In this document: piece by piece, positions 21,046-31,799 of the stretch
Layout: each line of letters opens with the position of its first letter
How positions within the stretch are numbered: position 1 is the first letter of the stretch
NCBI GenBank assembly: GCA_963691875.1
Contig: OY829846.1
Span: 2,656,001 to 2,720,000 of the forward strand
Length of the DNA: 64,000 nt
Direction: 5' to 3'
From: Aureliella sp.
GTDB taxonomy: Bacteria; Planctomycetota; Planctomycetia; Pirellulales; Pirellulaceae
Notes under the pieces: model-generated
Databases searched by the model: none
What the model was told of the DNA's origin: nothing
The model's input: only the letters and a program-made list of their open reading frames with translations
Translations under genes and position numbers: made by a program

Positions 21046-24000
21046 CTAGTGAGCCGCTGGTTTCGCCTCGGCATGCCCCTCGTCAGCACCATGAGCACCA
21101 CCTTCGCTGTGATCACCCCCATGGCCTTCACCATGCCCGCTATGCCCATGACCAATATCTTCCAACTGATCATGCGTACGTAGACGTGGATGCGTATTTC
21201 GAATCCGTGCCAAGTAAGTCGTCCGAGGCTTGATATTCAACTCTCCAAGCATCTCGTAATTGCGAGGATCATTCTGAAGCTGCGAAACCTTTGAAGCCTT
21301 ATCCTTCTTGTCACCGAAGACGATAGCTTGAGCCGGGCAAGCCTCTTGGCAGGCAGACTTGATCTCGCCATCCTCAACTGGACGCCCCTCGGCTCTTGCA
21401 TGAATCTTACCGTTTTGCACACGCTGAACACAGTAAGTACACTTCTCCATCACACCGCGCCCTCGGACGGACACATCCGGGTTCAGCACCAACTGCTGCA
21501 ATCGGCGATTAGCTTCCTCGAGCTTGCCACGCTGCCCCCAACCGTAGAAGTAACCGTACTCAGTGTTGTAATTGAAGTAGTTAAACCGTCGCACCTTGTA
21601 CGGGCAATTGTTGGCACAGTAACGAGTACCAATGCAACGATTGTAAGCCATCGCGTTGATACCTTCCTCTGTGTGCACGGTTGCTGCAACCGGACAAACT
21701 TGCTCACAAGGAGCAGTCTCGCAGTGAGCACAGGCTACTGGCTGATTGACGATCTTTGGCGTCTCAACATCACCACGGAAATACCGGTCGACTCGAATCC
21801 AGTGCATCTCCCGACCGCGACTAACCTGCTCCTTACCGACAACCGGAATGTTGTTCTCCGCCTGGCAAGCAACCACACAGGAATTACAACCCGTGCACTT
21901 ATTCAGGTCGATGGTCATCGCCCAGCTGTAAGGGACAGTCGGATCGTCATCCAACGCCTCGATGGGCTCTTCCCATAACGACTTGAGTTCCGGGTGATGA
22001 GTACCCAAGGCCTCTACGTACTCACCATCAACTTTATCGACCGTGCCTTCACGACTCAGGATCGCAGCCCGCTCTTTGGTGATCTCAAGACCGTGATCTT
22101 CGATTGCGAAGTGATCCTGAGTGGTAGCCAACTTGTACGGCTTCGATGTAGCAAGAGCCTTAACCCCGACCAGAATATGACCGTTGCTCGGATCACGCAG
22201 CGCCGAAACGTTTGAACCAATACCAACCTGCTCGTTGCTATCCACAGCCTCATCGCGGCAGACCCTTCCATAGCCCAGATGCACTGTGATGGAACCAGCT
22301 GCCTGGCCAGGCATAACGAAAACAGGCAGCTCCACGTGCCGCTTCTCATCGACCATCAGCTTGACGGTCTCCGTCATACTTCGCTGGCCCTGCTTGAGCC
22401 CCAGCTTGTCAGCAGTCTTCGGCCCAACGATTGCCGCGTTATCCCAAACAATCTTCGTCATCGCCTGCGGAAGCTCTTGCATCCAGACGTTCTTTGCGAA
22501 GCGGCCGTCGTAAAGCGTGTCGCTCGGCGCGAACACAACCTCAAGCTCGCTCGACTCGAACTCGCCAGGAGTCACTTCGCCAGCCAAAGCGAGATTATCG
22601 ATCTCACCAACCGGCAAAGCGGTAGCAGAAACCCCCTTCATGAAACCATCATGCAACGTCTCACGCCAACTTCTCGAGCTAACGGCCGCACCAGCAACAA
22701 CGGAAGCTGTAGCCCTGACAATCTCCTCGCCGGGCAAAGCTTGCCCAAGAACCACGGAAAGCACCTCAATGACACTCTTCCCGTTCAAAAGCGGCAAGAT
22801 CTGAGGCTGTCCAACACCATAGCTCCCGTCAACACCGAGCACATCGCCCCAACTTTCAAGCTGGTGCGCCTGAGGCAAGACCCAACTACTCTTGCCCGCC
22901 GTCTCGTCAATAAACTCACCTACGTAAACGACATGATCTAGCTTCGCGAGCTGCTCACCGAGAGCGGTAGCGCCCGGTACCGAGTAGACAGGATTATCAC
23001 CGAGAATCCAGACATGATCCACCGCACCAGCCTCGAGCTTCCGCGACAGATCAACCAAAGAGCCAACCTCAACACCTAACGCAGAGCGACTCGGCATCAA
23101 CATGACTGTCTTGCCAAAATTACCGAGCTTTTTGTTCAACCGCAGTGCAGCAACCTGCACTTCGAGCGGCTGGTGCGAGCCCACCGACACGACCCCCGAA
23201 CCCTTGTGAGCCACAAGATCCTCGGCCATCGCGTCGACGAAACGATCAAGCTGCTCCTCAGCCGTGACCTTGTCGTACTCCTTCTCACCCTCAGAAGCAG
23301 CAGGGATTTGCGCACCGCCCAGAAACTCAGCAACACGCTTCTCCAGCTTAGCAACAAACGCACCAACCTGAGAGCTCTTGATTGCCATTCGAGAATCAGC
23401 CGCAGCACCCGTGACCGAATACCGAGACTCGACAGAGTACAAGCGATTCATCCTGCCCGGCTCTGGCGTACGCCCCTTCGCGAACTGACGCGAGTACAGG
23501 ACACTATTCGAATCATTGCCAAGCAGGTCACTGTCGAGCGCGCAGACGACCTTTGCAGCATCAAGCTTCAACAATAATTCCGCCGGCTCACCCGCCGCAC
23601 CTGCACAAGCCTTAGCCTGAGCCGAAGCATCAACAGCGGAATGCTGAACCAAAGTTGCCTTCGGGAACGCAGCAGCAGCCTCGGCAACCAACCGGTTCAC
23701 CGAAGGAGAGAGCGAAGGCGACATCACAATCGCCAGCCCTTCACCACCACTGGCCTTCAGCACCCCAACTTCCTTCCCGGAGTACTCAGCAAACGCCTCC
23801 CAAGACGAATCCTCCAGCTTTCCACCAACCCGCTTTTTTACTTGGCTATTGCGATCAGGATCGTACAGCCCAAGGACACAGCCCTGCGAAAAAACATCCG
23901 TGCCGGCACTGGCAAAACGCTTCTTGCCGCCGGACAGATCATTTGGCTCCGAGCCAACCATTAACGGATGCCCCGGGTTACCGTCGACCTTGATCGGGCG

Positions 24001-24381
24001 GCCATCAACATTACGAACCAATAGATGAACGGCCCGCCCAGCGAGCTCAAAATTCGTCGCGTACTTCTTCGCAACACCCGGGATCGTGTTCACCGGTCGG
24101 TTGACCATCGAAGCAATCTCACTTGGCCCATACCGGCAGCCTGCAGCAGAACCAAGAGCCAGAGACGCACCCATCAGCTTCAGCCAGCGCCTACGGGAAA
24201 CTCCATCCGGAAACTCAGATGCAGCCTGCGGAAACTCGCGATCCAAAAACTGCTCGAACTCAGGAGTGCCCTCCAGTTGCCCCAAGCTCCTCCAGTAACC
24301 GGAGCCCCCGACCGAGGGACCTTCCTGAACTACACCGGAAGATTGATCTATATCTGTAATTGGAAGCTGTTCTGACTTCAT
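21046..24381 (-). CDS. actB: Alternative complex III subunit ActB (molybdopterin-oxidoreductase-like domain plus Fe-S domain)
   Basis: YWRSL, EFP, Tat motif SRRRWLKLMG; Fe-S motifs CTGCNSCVVAC, CAHCETAPCEQVCP, CIGTRYCANNCPY, EKCTYC, CQEACP. Confidence 0.95.
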   Translation of the reverse strand: MKSEQLPITDIDQSSGVVQEGPSVGGSGYWRSLGQLEGTPEFEQFLDREFPQAASEFPDGVSRRRWLKLMGASLALGSAAGCRYGPSEIASMVNRPVNTIPGVAKKYATNFELAGRAVHLLVRNVDGRPIKVDGNPGHPLMVGSEPNDLSGGKKRFASAGTDVFSQGCVLGLYDPDRNSQVKKRVGGKLEDSSWEAFAEYSGKEVGVLKASGGEGLAIVMSPSLSPSVNRLVAEAAAAFPKATLVQHSAVDASAQAKACAGAAGEPAELLLKLDAAKVVCALDSDLLGNDSNSVLYSRQFAKGRTPEPGRMNRLYSVESRYSVTGAAADSRMAIKSSQVGAFVAKLEKRVAEFLGGAQIPAASEGEKEYDKVTAEEQLDRFVDAMAEDLVAHKGSGVVSVGSHQPLEVQVAALRLNKKLGNFGKTVMLMPSRSALGVEVGSLVDLSRKLEAGAVDHVWILGDNPVYSVPGATALGEQLAKLDHVVYVGEFIDETAGKSSWVLPQAHQLESWGDVLGVDGSYGVGQPQILPLLNGKSVIEVLSVVLGQALPGEEIVRATASVVAGAAVSSRSWRETLHDGFMKGVSATALPVGEIDNLALAGEVTPGEFESSELEVVFAPSDTLYDGRFAKNVWMQELPQAMTKIVWDNAAIVGPKTADKLGLKQGQRSMTETVKLMVDEKRHVELPVFVMPGQAAGSITVHLGYGRVCRDEAVDSNEQVGIGSNVSALRDPSNGHILVGVKALATSKPYKLATTQDHFAIEDHGLEITKERAAILSREGTVDKVDGEYVEALGTHHPELKSLWEEPIEALDDDPTVPYSWAMTIDLNKCTGCNSCVVACQAENNIPVVGKEQVSRGREMHWIRVDRYFRGDVETPKIVNQPVACAHCETAPCEQVCPVAATVHTEEGINAMAYNRCIGTRYCANNCPYKVRRFNYFNYNTEYGYFYGWGQRGKLEEANRRLQQLVLNPDVSVRGRGVMEKCTYCVQRVQNGKIHARAEGRPVEDGEIKSACQEACPAQAIVFGDKKDKASKVSQLQNDPRNYEMLGELNIKPRTTYLARIRNTHPRLRTHDQLEDIGHGHSGHGEGHGGDHSEGGAHGADEGHAEAKPAAH

Positions 24382-24466
24382 CTCTGTATTGCCTAACTAC
24401 CGTTTCGCTAGTTCGGTTCTTCCGATCAGGAATCGATGGACACGTCACCACCAACAGAATCGGATC

Positions 24467-25156
24467 CTACCGATGGCAAACCGCACAGTTCGCCCGGGGG
24501 TGAATATTGTTCTCTTTGATCAGGGCCTCACCGATTTCACGGCGAGTCTGCCCATCCTCTGGCTCCCAATCGAGCTTAGTAATCAGCTCGCGAGGACGAA
24601 TATGCTCGGCAGGGTCGTTATGACACTCGATACACCAAGCCATTGACAACTCTTTCGCCTGATAAACCTTCTCCATCGTATCGATGCGACCGTGACAACT
24701 CACGCAACTAACACCACGGGTCACGTGTGCGGAGTGATTGAAGTAGACATAATCCGGTAACCGGTGGATGCGAACCCATGGAACCGACTGATCAGTATCC
24801 CAGCTCTCATGCACCGCACGAAGCTTTTCACTCCCAGGGTGTACCGCAGAGAGCTCCGTCGCACCATCCTCACCGATTGGAGAATGACAGTTGATGCAAG
24901 TTGCCGTTGGGGGGACAGAAGCATGCGCTGACTTCTCCACATTCACGTGGCAGTAGCGACAGTCCATCTTCAGCTCACCCGCATGAATCTTGTGACTGAA
25001 GGGTACTGGCTGAGTCGGCTGATAGCCTGGATTGAGCGTTACGTCATCAGTGGCGCCCATAAACATCGCGCCAGCGTACCCGCCGCCACCGATAGCAAAG
25101 AGCCCAGCGAGGGCGACAAACTTATTGATCCAGCGAGGAAATAAGAATCGATTCAT
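24467..25156 (-). CDS. actA: Alternative complex III pentaheme cytochrome ActA
   Basis: Five CxxCH (CRYCH, CINCH, CVSCH, CIECH, CAVCH), QPVPFSHKIHAG, LSMAWC; start reassigned to MNRFLFP. Confidence 0.94.
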   Translation of the reverse strand: MNRFLFPRWINKFVALAGLFAIGGGGYAGAMFMGATDDVTLNPGYQPTQPVPFSHKIHAGELKMDCRYCHVNVEKSAHASVPPTATCINCHSPIGEDGATELSAVHPGSEKLRAVHESWDTDQSVPWVRIHRLPDYVYFNHSAHVTRGVSCVSCHGRIDTMEKVYQAKELSMAWCIECHNDPAEHIRPRELITKLDWEPEDGQTRREIGEALIKENNIHPRANCAVCHR

Positions 25157-25836
25157 GATTCTGCGTGCTACCTGTGCAGATTGCCGATGTGGAGCCTCGA
25201 CCGAAACAAGACCCAACCCGAATCAAATGATAAGTTCGTTGACTACAGAGACCGGATTTTTGCCAAACATGGTGCAGACCGGCCCCGAAATAGAACCCGA
25301 TCAGTATCGCTCTTATATCTGCGGTTGTTAAGGCCAGGATAACGCCTTTCTAAGCGCACTTTACGTGACAAATGGTCGCACAAGGATTCCTCCAACGTTG
25401 CGGCACCATACGCCCCCTTAACCCGAACCGAGCATGAAAGATCACCCCGTAAGCTCCAGTGGCAAGTCCTTCTGCATGGGCGGACTGGGTAAAGTGCGTT
25501 CACGTGTCCGTCTCCCCGGGTTTCACTGGCAACGCGGGTTGCGCCTAACCGATGGATTAGGAATGCAGTTTTATGCGTGGATGACAAATCAGTTCGCTCC
25601 TCGGCATGTTGCACTTCCCAAAGGTGTCCCTGCGCAACTCTGCCGACTCGGTAAACTGTGAGAGCGGGTGGAGTTGAGTCCTAGTGGGTTGCCGACTCTC
25701 CTTTCTCACTGGCTGCGAGCCTTTCCACTACAGATGCTGTCCAGGATCAATCGCCCTTGATATTGGCTATGGAACCACAACCACTTTCCTTCACAGGCGC
25801 CTCCCAGATGTGGTCTCTACCGCAGGAGTGAAAAAA

Positions 25837-26805
25837 ATGGCATCCGATTCACGACTTAAGGAACAACTCCCCAGCCTGACGGTTGCCATTGTCGACACCT
25901 ATACGGCAGACGACGAAATCAACCACCTAGGGCACTGCCCACTTCCGAAGTACGAAGTGATCGTCGAGATTTTGGCTGATCTCAAAGACATCCTATACCC
26001 TGGTTTTCGCCGTCGGGAAGGTTTGCACATTGGCAACGTGATGTATCACGTTGGAAATCTCATTGATGGTTTGCATGACAAGCTCACCACGCAGATCGGC
26101 CGGGCGCTCCTACATGATGACCGCATTCGCAATAGCCACAGCGACTGCGACAGCAAGGTGGATTATGACGCTAAGGGCCAAGCTATTGCCATACGTTTCC
26201 TCGAGCAAATCCCGCGACTAAGAGCGCTACTGGCGACTGATGTCGAGGCAGCCTTTGAAGGTGACCCAGCTGTAATCAGTCGTGATGAGATCATATTCTG
26301 CTATCCCGGCTTGGAAGCGATAACCGTTTATCGGCTTGCAAACGAACTGCTACGTCTCGGTGTGCCTTTCATCCCTCGGATGATGACGGAATGGGCACAC
26401 AAAGAGACTGGCATTGATATTCACCCAGGCGCGACGATCGGCGACTATTTCTTCATCGATCACGGAACAGGTGTCGTCATCGGTGAGACGGTTGAGCTTG
26501 GATCCCGAGTAAAAATCTACCAAGGTGTTACCCTAGGCGCCCTAAGCTTTCCTACCGATTCCGATGGTCAGTTAATTCGTGGACAAAAGCGACATCCAAC
26601 GATCGAGGATCGAGTCGTCATTTACGCCAATGCAACCATCCTTGGTGGCAAGACAGTGCTTGGGCACGACAGCGTCATTGGATCTTCCGTTTGGGTGACC
26701 AGCTCTGTTGCTCCTCATTCGACCGTCATCCTCGAAAAGCCAAACTTGCGAGTCCGAGGCGGTGTGCCTGACGAATTGAAGCCAGAAGCGAACTACCAGA
26801 TCTAG
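25837..26805 (+). CDS. cysE: Serine O-acetyltransferase (long EpsC-like form)
   Basis: [56 protein letters not shown] Shine-Dalgarno before ATG 25837. Confidence 0.92.
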   Translation: MASDSRLKEQLPSLTVAIVDTYTADDEINHLGHCPLPKYEVIVEILADLKDILYPGFRRREGLHIGNVMYHVGNLIDGLHDKLTTQIGRALLHDDRIRNSHSDCDSKVDYDAKGQAIAIRFLEQIPRLRALLATDVEAAFEGDPAVISRDEIIFCYPGLEAITVYRLANELLRLGVPFIPRMMTEWAHKETGIDIHPGATIGDYFFIDHGTGVVIGETVELGSRVKIYQGVTLGALSFPTDSDGQLIRGQKRHPTIEDRVVIYANATILGGKTVLGHDSVIGSSVWVTSSVAPHSTVILEKPNLRVRGGVPDELKPEANYQI

Positions 26806-26860
26806 GGGCTCGCTGCGCAAGCTTTCTGACGCAGTTCAATTCAAAAATCGGAGAGGTGCA

Positions 26861-27421
26861 ATGACCAGCGAACAGGACCTAGTCTCCGACGCTGCAAAGC
26901 GTTTCCTGCGTCAAGACTTCGAGCAGCAGATTGAACCTAAGAACGCTTGCGAACATATGCCGGCGCGTAATCCCGCCTCGGATACTCGATCGTCCGTGTT
27001 GGTGATTGACTCCGAGCCTTTGATGTTAACTGCGATGGGCTCCGTTCTTGACATGCAAGGTCACCGTGCGGTACTGGCTCGCAGTGAGCAAATGGCGATG
27101 AAGTCCATCCAGGCAGGTGAATTCGACGTCATCGTACTGGCGATCGAGAGTTGCGAGAAAGGCTGTGAGTTTGCAGGGAAACTTCGTGGTTTTGAAAACA
27201 CACGCGATATCCCAATACTGTTTCTCATTCCCGAGACGGCCAAAGACTGGGACAAGGCACTTGCTGAGCAAGGCGGCGTCTACAGCATCCAGAAACCCAT
27301 TGAACCGGACGCCCTGACGGAATTAGTCGAGCGCATGCTCGTATTGCCACATGTTGCTCGAAGCCATGCTGGGCTCAAGCCAACTCACTTACGGAGTCAA
27401 ACAGATTGGGTGAAGCTCTAA
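26861..27421 (+). CDS. Atypical response-regulator receiver domain protein
   Basis: VLVIDSEP...FDVIVLAI...TRDIPILFL...IQKPI fold signature; Ala at the expected phospho-Asp position. Confidence 0.7.
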   Translation: MTSEQDLVSDAAKRFLRQDFEQQIEPKNACEHMPARNPASDTRSSVLVIDSEPLMLTAMGSVLDMQGHRAVLARSEQMAMKSIQAGEFDVIVLAIESCEKGCEFAGKLRGFENTRDIPILFLIPETAKDWDKALAEQGGVYSIQKPIEPDALTELVERMLVLPHVARSHAGLKPTHLRSQTDWVKL

Positions 27422-27701
27422 GCTTGCCCCTGCTTGACATTAGCCAACTGCAGACAGGTAGGTAGTGCAAACGATTGAAATACTCAGACGCCGGTTTTTC
27501 TTTCTTATTCCCGCAATTGTGCGGAATGATCGCGATACACATCCCGTTTACGCACGAATGCCCGATGCCTCACGGCGACACGGCTCAATCAATGCAGAAC
27601 CTAAGGCATCAAGTCGCTTGCGGATCTGCCCGCACTGAGCGACTCTGCTTTAGCCGCCGGTTCTTCTCTTAGCCTTCGGTGTCACACTCATGTCTGCATT
27701 G

Positions 27702-28115
27702 CTAATTTTTCAACAATTCTTCGAAGATGGAAACGATGTTCTTCTGGGCTCGCTCCCAAGCTAACGCCTGAACCACATGTTCCCTCGAAGCAGTTAAAAG
27801 CCGTTCAGCAAGGCCGGGCTCGTCGACCAGTCGGGACAAGGCATCGTTAATCACCCTTCCTGAACCAGGTCGCACCAACAAAGATTGACGCTCATCTTGA
27901 GCCAGCTCCCGCACCCCTGCAAACTCGCTCGCCACGAGTGGATATCCGGTAGACATCGCCTCTAGTACTTTCAACGGGCAGCAGCCTTGTTCGAGATTTC
28001 GATCGTTTCGAACGAGCTGCGCGAGCAAGGCGTCGCATTGATCATGCAAACTACAAAACCCGGAACGAGAAACAGGAGGCGAGAGGTGAACGAGAGCTAC
28101 ACCGAGTCCAACCAA
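27702..28115 (-). pseudogene. Glycosyltransferase family 4, C-terminal remnant
   Basis: QGCCPLKVLEAMSTGYPLVAS...LLVRPG motif; the N-terminal domain is missing or degraded. Confidence 0.7.
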
Positions 28116-28423
28116 ATTCAGCCAACGCCCGACGCGATTGAATCCATTTTGTGTGCAGCACCGGGCATCTACCAGAAGCGCAAGTATGTGTTCTATTTCG
28201 AGTTACGACAAATTAGCATTAACGCCAGCGCACCAGTCAAGTCATTCGGAATTCAACTCTGTTTACACAACGCCCCTACCAGGATACAGACAAACTATTC
28301 AACTACCTGGTGTATCGTGTTATCGAAGATTTTGCCGGGGTTGAAATCATCGAGTTATGACTCTCATTTTGGCCAAGTAGTGCCTTTCAATAGCCGGCTG
28401 CGCGGTGGCCGTGCTCCCAGCGA

Positions 28424-28452
28424 TTGTTGCCTTTGCACAAGTTAAGTAGAAT
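28424..28452 (+). promoter_or_regulatory. Candidate sigma70-type promoter of the original tRNA-Sec locus
   Basis: TTGTTG-N17-TAGAAT, ending 9 nt before the displaced tRNA 5' fragment at 28462. Confidence 0.45.
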
Positions 28453-28460
28453 CCATAGCT

Positions 28461-28501
28461 CGGAAGCGTTTGCTAGTCTGGTGACTGCCGCGGTCTTCAA
28501 A
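28461..28501 (+). repeat. att direct repeat: 5' half of tRNA-Sec (identical to 34483-34523)
   Basis: 41-bp perfect repeat CGGAAGCGTTTGCTAGTCTGGTGACTGCCGCGGTCTTCAAA, ending at the end of the anticodon loop. Confidence 0.95.
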
Positions 28502-28861
28502 GGGGCGGGGCTGTCTCAACAATAGTCAACACATCCTTGTTTTTCTTGGGTCAACTAGCTTTAAGCCAATCTCAATAACCCCCCGAATTCGATCTAATTC
28601 GAAGTAGTTTTGGTAAGTTACCAATGCTGTTAGAGGTTGCTGAATCGACTCGCATGGTAAAGCTCAAGAATTCAGCGAAAGCAGAACTCAAGGTAGAATT
28701 GTTAACGGCTTGAAGATGTTAGCTTTATCAGAATTAATAAAACTAACACTGGATCGGGTCAGGGATTGGCGGCTTGGCTGAGGTCAGGTCGCCTGCTTTT
28801 GCTCCGCTGCTTTGTCGCGTGCATCGCCTTTGTTCGGTTCAGGTAAATTCACCTTAACCGT

Positions 28862-29053
28862 TCACCCAATAGCTCGCTCGACTTCTTCCAACTCAGCCTG
28901 AGATAGCTCCACAACCAACTCAGGCTCTTTCAGATGGTCCGTATCGCCTTCCATGCGTTTGCGATGGTCTTCATTGGATCTTTCATCCCAACACGCTAGA
29001 CGCCTTTCTAGCTTGCTTTGGGGTTGTCTTGGCTTGCTTGCCTTTTGGGTCAT
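28862..29053 (-). CDS. Small charged hypothetical protein (63 aa) downstream of cos-like site 1
   Basis: MTQKASKPRQPQSK...VERAIG; G-rich Shine-Dalgarno-like sequence before ATG 29053. Confidence 0.45.
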   Translation of the reverse strand: MTQKASKPRQPQSKLERRLACWDERSNEDHRKRMEGDTDHLKEPELVVELSQAELEEVERAIG

Positions 29054-29060
29054 CTCACAC

Positions 29061-29160
29061 CCCCCCTGGAAAAGTATTTGGTAGCTCTTAATTATGTGCG
29101 TGACACGATAGGTCGCTGGCAACTTGCCTTGTCAGAATTAGACCACCCCCGGGTGCAACC
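29061..29160 (-). other. cos-like conserved element, copy 1
   Basis: Core ACGATAGGTCGCT (29105-29117), then N16, AGAATT..CCACCCC; related copies at 32017-32109 and 58016-58104. Confidence 0.55.
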
Positions 29161-29282
29161 ACTCAGTAGCGTGGCCCCAACGCGAACTCGGATGGGACTC
29201 ACGCACCTGAGCCGTTTTCAATCCAACCCCGATTGGAGCCAGAAGTACAACCTATGGTTGTGTTGTGTTGCCAACCGTTCGG

Positions 29283-29660
29283 CTAGCTGGTGATGCCTGC
29301 GAGACGATGGAAGGCGGAAGGATCCACTACCGCAAAGTCTCCACGCCAGACGACCTTGAAGAATAGGCTGTCTTCCTCGAAGCCAACGTCAGGACTGACT
29401 TCAATCCGCGCCGACTCACGGACGCCGAAGATAGCATTGGAGAAGTCTCCAACCACCGCCTGAGCTAGTGGGCAATTGTTAGTCGAGTAGTACGAAAGAC
29501 CAGCTACCGAACTTGGAGCAGGAACCCAACCCTTCATGCTGTTTGTACCGTCACCGGCAGGAAGCACTTGCAAGTCCTCATAAGCCTGGACGCCAAGAAT
29601 CATGCTGCTTGGTTCGTGGTTTGCCAACCGAACTTGTGCCGCTGCTGATGCAACAGAGTC
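29283..29660 (-). pseudogene. HK97-family phage major capsid protein, C-terminal fragment
   Basis: AAQVRLANHEPSSMILG...AVVGDFSNAIFGVRESARIEVSPDVGFEEDSLFFKVVWRGDFAVVDPSAF, the typical HK97 MCP C-terminus; no N-terminal part and no good start. Confidence 0.8.
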
Positions 29661-29838
29661 TCGCGATTTCTTTGCGGGGATTCCTTTAGGAATGACTTTC
29701 GAGTAATCAAATTTACGTACACTGTTAATCCAGTCCGTGGCCTCGTCTGGGCGTACATCCTTTTGGGAATGGACGTGTTGCTCGAGGTCACCGGCTCAAA
29801 CTTCTTGCTTTTAATTCTCAAACTGTGGAGATCCACTT

Positions 29839-30300
29839 ATGATGCGTTCTGCTCTTTCGATTGCTTTTGCTCTTGCTTTCACTTCACTCGCGATGGCTCA
29901 TTGCCAAGTGCCTTGTGGCATCTATGGCGATCAGTTGCGTTTTGAACAGATGTTGGAAGATGAGCACACGATCGCCAAGGCGCAAGCTCAGATCAACGAA
30001 ATGACAGCAGGTGAAATTACTGCGCAGAAGGTCAATCAAATGGCTCGTTGGGTTGCTGCCAAGGAGGATCATGCAACAAAAATTCAAAACACCATCGCGG
30101 CCTATTTCATGGCTCAGAGAATCAAGGCTGATAATAAGAATTACGTCAAGCAACTCACTGCAGCTCACACAGTCATGGTAGCAGCCATGAAGTGCAAGCA
30201 GTCTGCTGATCCGGCAACGGCCAAAGTGCTTCAGAAGGCGATTTTCGATCTGTATCGCGCTTATGAAGGTAAGGAGCCTGTGTTCGATCACGAGCACTAA
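29839..30300 (+). CDS. sodN: Nickel superoxide dismutase, exported
   Basis: Signal peptide ending AMA, then the nickel hook HCQVPCGIY; KEDHATKIQ and AAMKCKQ helices. Confidence 0.92.
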   Translation: MMRSALSIAFALAFTSLAMAHCQVPCGIYGDQLRFEQMLEDEHTIAKAQAQINEMTAGEITAQKVNQMARWVAAKEDHATKIQNTIAAYFMAQRIKADNKNYVKQLTAAHTVMVAAMKCKQSADPATAKVLQKAIFDLYRAYEGKEPVFDHEH

Positions 30301-30399
30301 AGGTGTGTCCGACAAGTGTCAGGCGGTATGCAAGTGATTGCGGCTAGTGATTAGCAAGAACAAGCTTTTCTTCGGTAATATGTAGCACACACGTGTCCG

Positions 30400-30598
30400 T
30401 GTGGATTTAGGACTGATCCGCGTCGCAGTTTTTCTTGCAGTCAGCCGCAAGTTGAACGGTATCTGCAAAGAATTTCGGGACCGTTGTTGGCAAGCTTCAA
30501 ATACTAATTAAGCCAGCAGACTAGTCTTTCTTGTGCTGCTTAGTTGCGAGAAAAAGAGGATGGCTTTTTTTGAGCTCTGATCGCGGCTTAGTTTTTGA
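30400..30598. repeat. Backbone segments shared with island 2 (30400-30518 ~ 56850-56967; 30521-30598 ~ 57745-57837)
   Basis: Direct near-identical repeats read by eye, e.g. TTAGGACTGATCCGCGTCGCAGTTTTT and GCTTAGTTGCGAGAAAAAGAGGATGGCT. Confidence 0.9.
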
Positions 30599-31128
30599 CC
30601 ATACGGGAAACTGATCTGAATGGCTCCACCGTGTCATTGCCCCGGAGTGAATGCCAAACTAGTGGTATCTATCCAGCCCGTTTTTGCTGATTGGGTCGCC
30701 CGTATCACAGGAAAGCATGACCTGTGCGGATGAAGAGCAATGATTCAAGGACGACTAGGGAATCCGTTTTAGCGTGGTCAGAAGTAGGTAATTGTTCGAC
30801 TGAAAATGCGGAGCTCGTGCTGGATAAGTTACTTGTGACTGTCAATCCGTAGCACCCATGCTGCCACTGCTACGCCATCATTAGGAATCCTATGATCGAA
30901 AATCCCGCACTTTCGCAACGACCGCTATAATTGTTAACGCATCTAATTAACCTTAGGACGAGTAAAGGATTCATAGATCGTTTAGGCAAAGCCCATCAAG
31001 GGCTGGGGGCAATGACGGAATTCGGTAAATGAACCACCTAGAATCAGGCAGCCGGACATGAACTAGCGACCCTAGAAGCCACAAACTTCCTCCGAATGAG
31101 TCAACCTTAATCTGAAACAAGCGGAGCC

Positions 31129-31668
31129 ATGTCTCCACGAACGTACACATTTTTGATCGTCGCCGTCACAGTTTTGACCGCAGGCCAAGTTAAGACAAAC
31201 GCCGGCGTCGTTTTGAATTCCGACGGCTTCGTCAGCTCCTACACAACAGCTGATGACACGTATTATTTTTACCATGCCACCCATAACCAATTATCGGCAT
31301 CCGGTCACCTGGAGACGTTCGACGAGACGGACGCTATAAACTTGGCGGGTGAACTAAGTACAGATATTAAATCCTTTAGCGAAGCCGCAACCAACGTGAC
31401 ATATCTCTTCAACTATGACTTAGCAACCAACGCGATCAACGCGGCAACCATACATCAGTTCAGTAACGCAACCTGGAAAGTCAACGAGAGCTTCGAAACT
31501 AACACCGACCAATTACAGAACGGAAGCCGACTCGTAATTTACGCGTCAACCGAGGCGTCAACCGGGGGCACTGTCCCCGAGCCCAGCACCGCTATCACAA
31601 TGGGCTTGCTAAGCTTGGTTGGTTTTGTAGGTAACCGCCGCCGATGTCGTCAAGGGTCAGCAGCGTAG
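31129..31668 (+). CDS. PEP-CTERM sorting domain protein
   Basis: Signal peptide; C-terminal VPEPSTAITMGLLSLVGFVGNRRR. Confidence 0.88.
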   Translation: MSPRTYTFLIVAVTVLTAGQVKTNAGVVLNSDGFVSSYTTADDTYYFYHATHNQLSASGHLETFDETDAINLAGELSTDIKSFSEAATNVTYLFNYDLATNAINAATIHQFSNATWKVNESFETNTDQLQNGSRLVIYASTEASTGGTVPEPSTAITMGLLSLVGFVGNRRRCRQGSAA

Positions 31669-31799
31669 CCCAATTTTTTCAGTTCGCTACAAGCCCAGCA
31701 TCTCCATCTTCTCACGTAACCCTCGATCACTTCAAAGATCGAACCTTGCGCTTATAGCCTGTTCACGCGTGAGAGGTATTGCTGTTTTGTTAGCCACGG

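Noticed and set aside
25217..25836. FNR-type box or small CDS upstream of the act operon
   Set aside because: No TTGAT-N4-ATCAA match seen; the ORFs lack features. Probably a divergent promoter region.
28461..28501. Second tRNA-Sec gene
   Set aside because: Only the 5' 40 nt are present; no 3' anticodon strand, T-arm or acceptor 3' strand. Treated as an att site.
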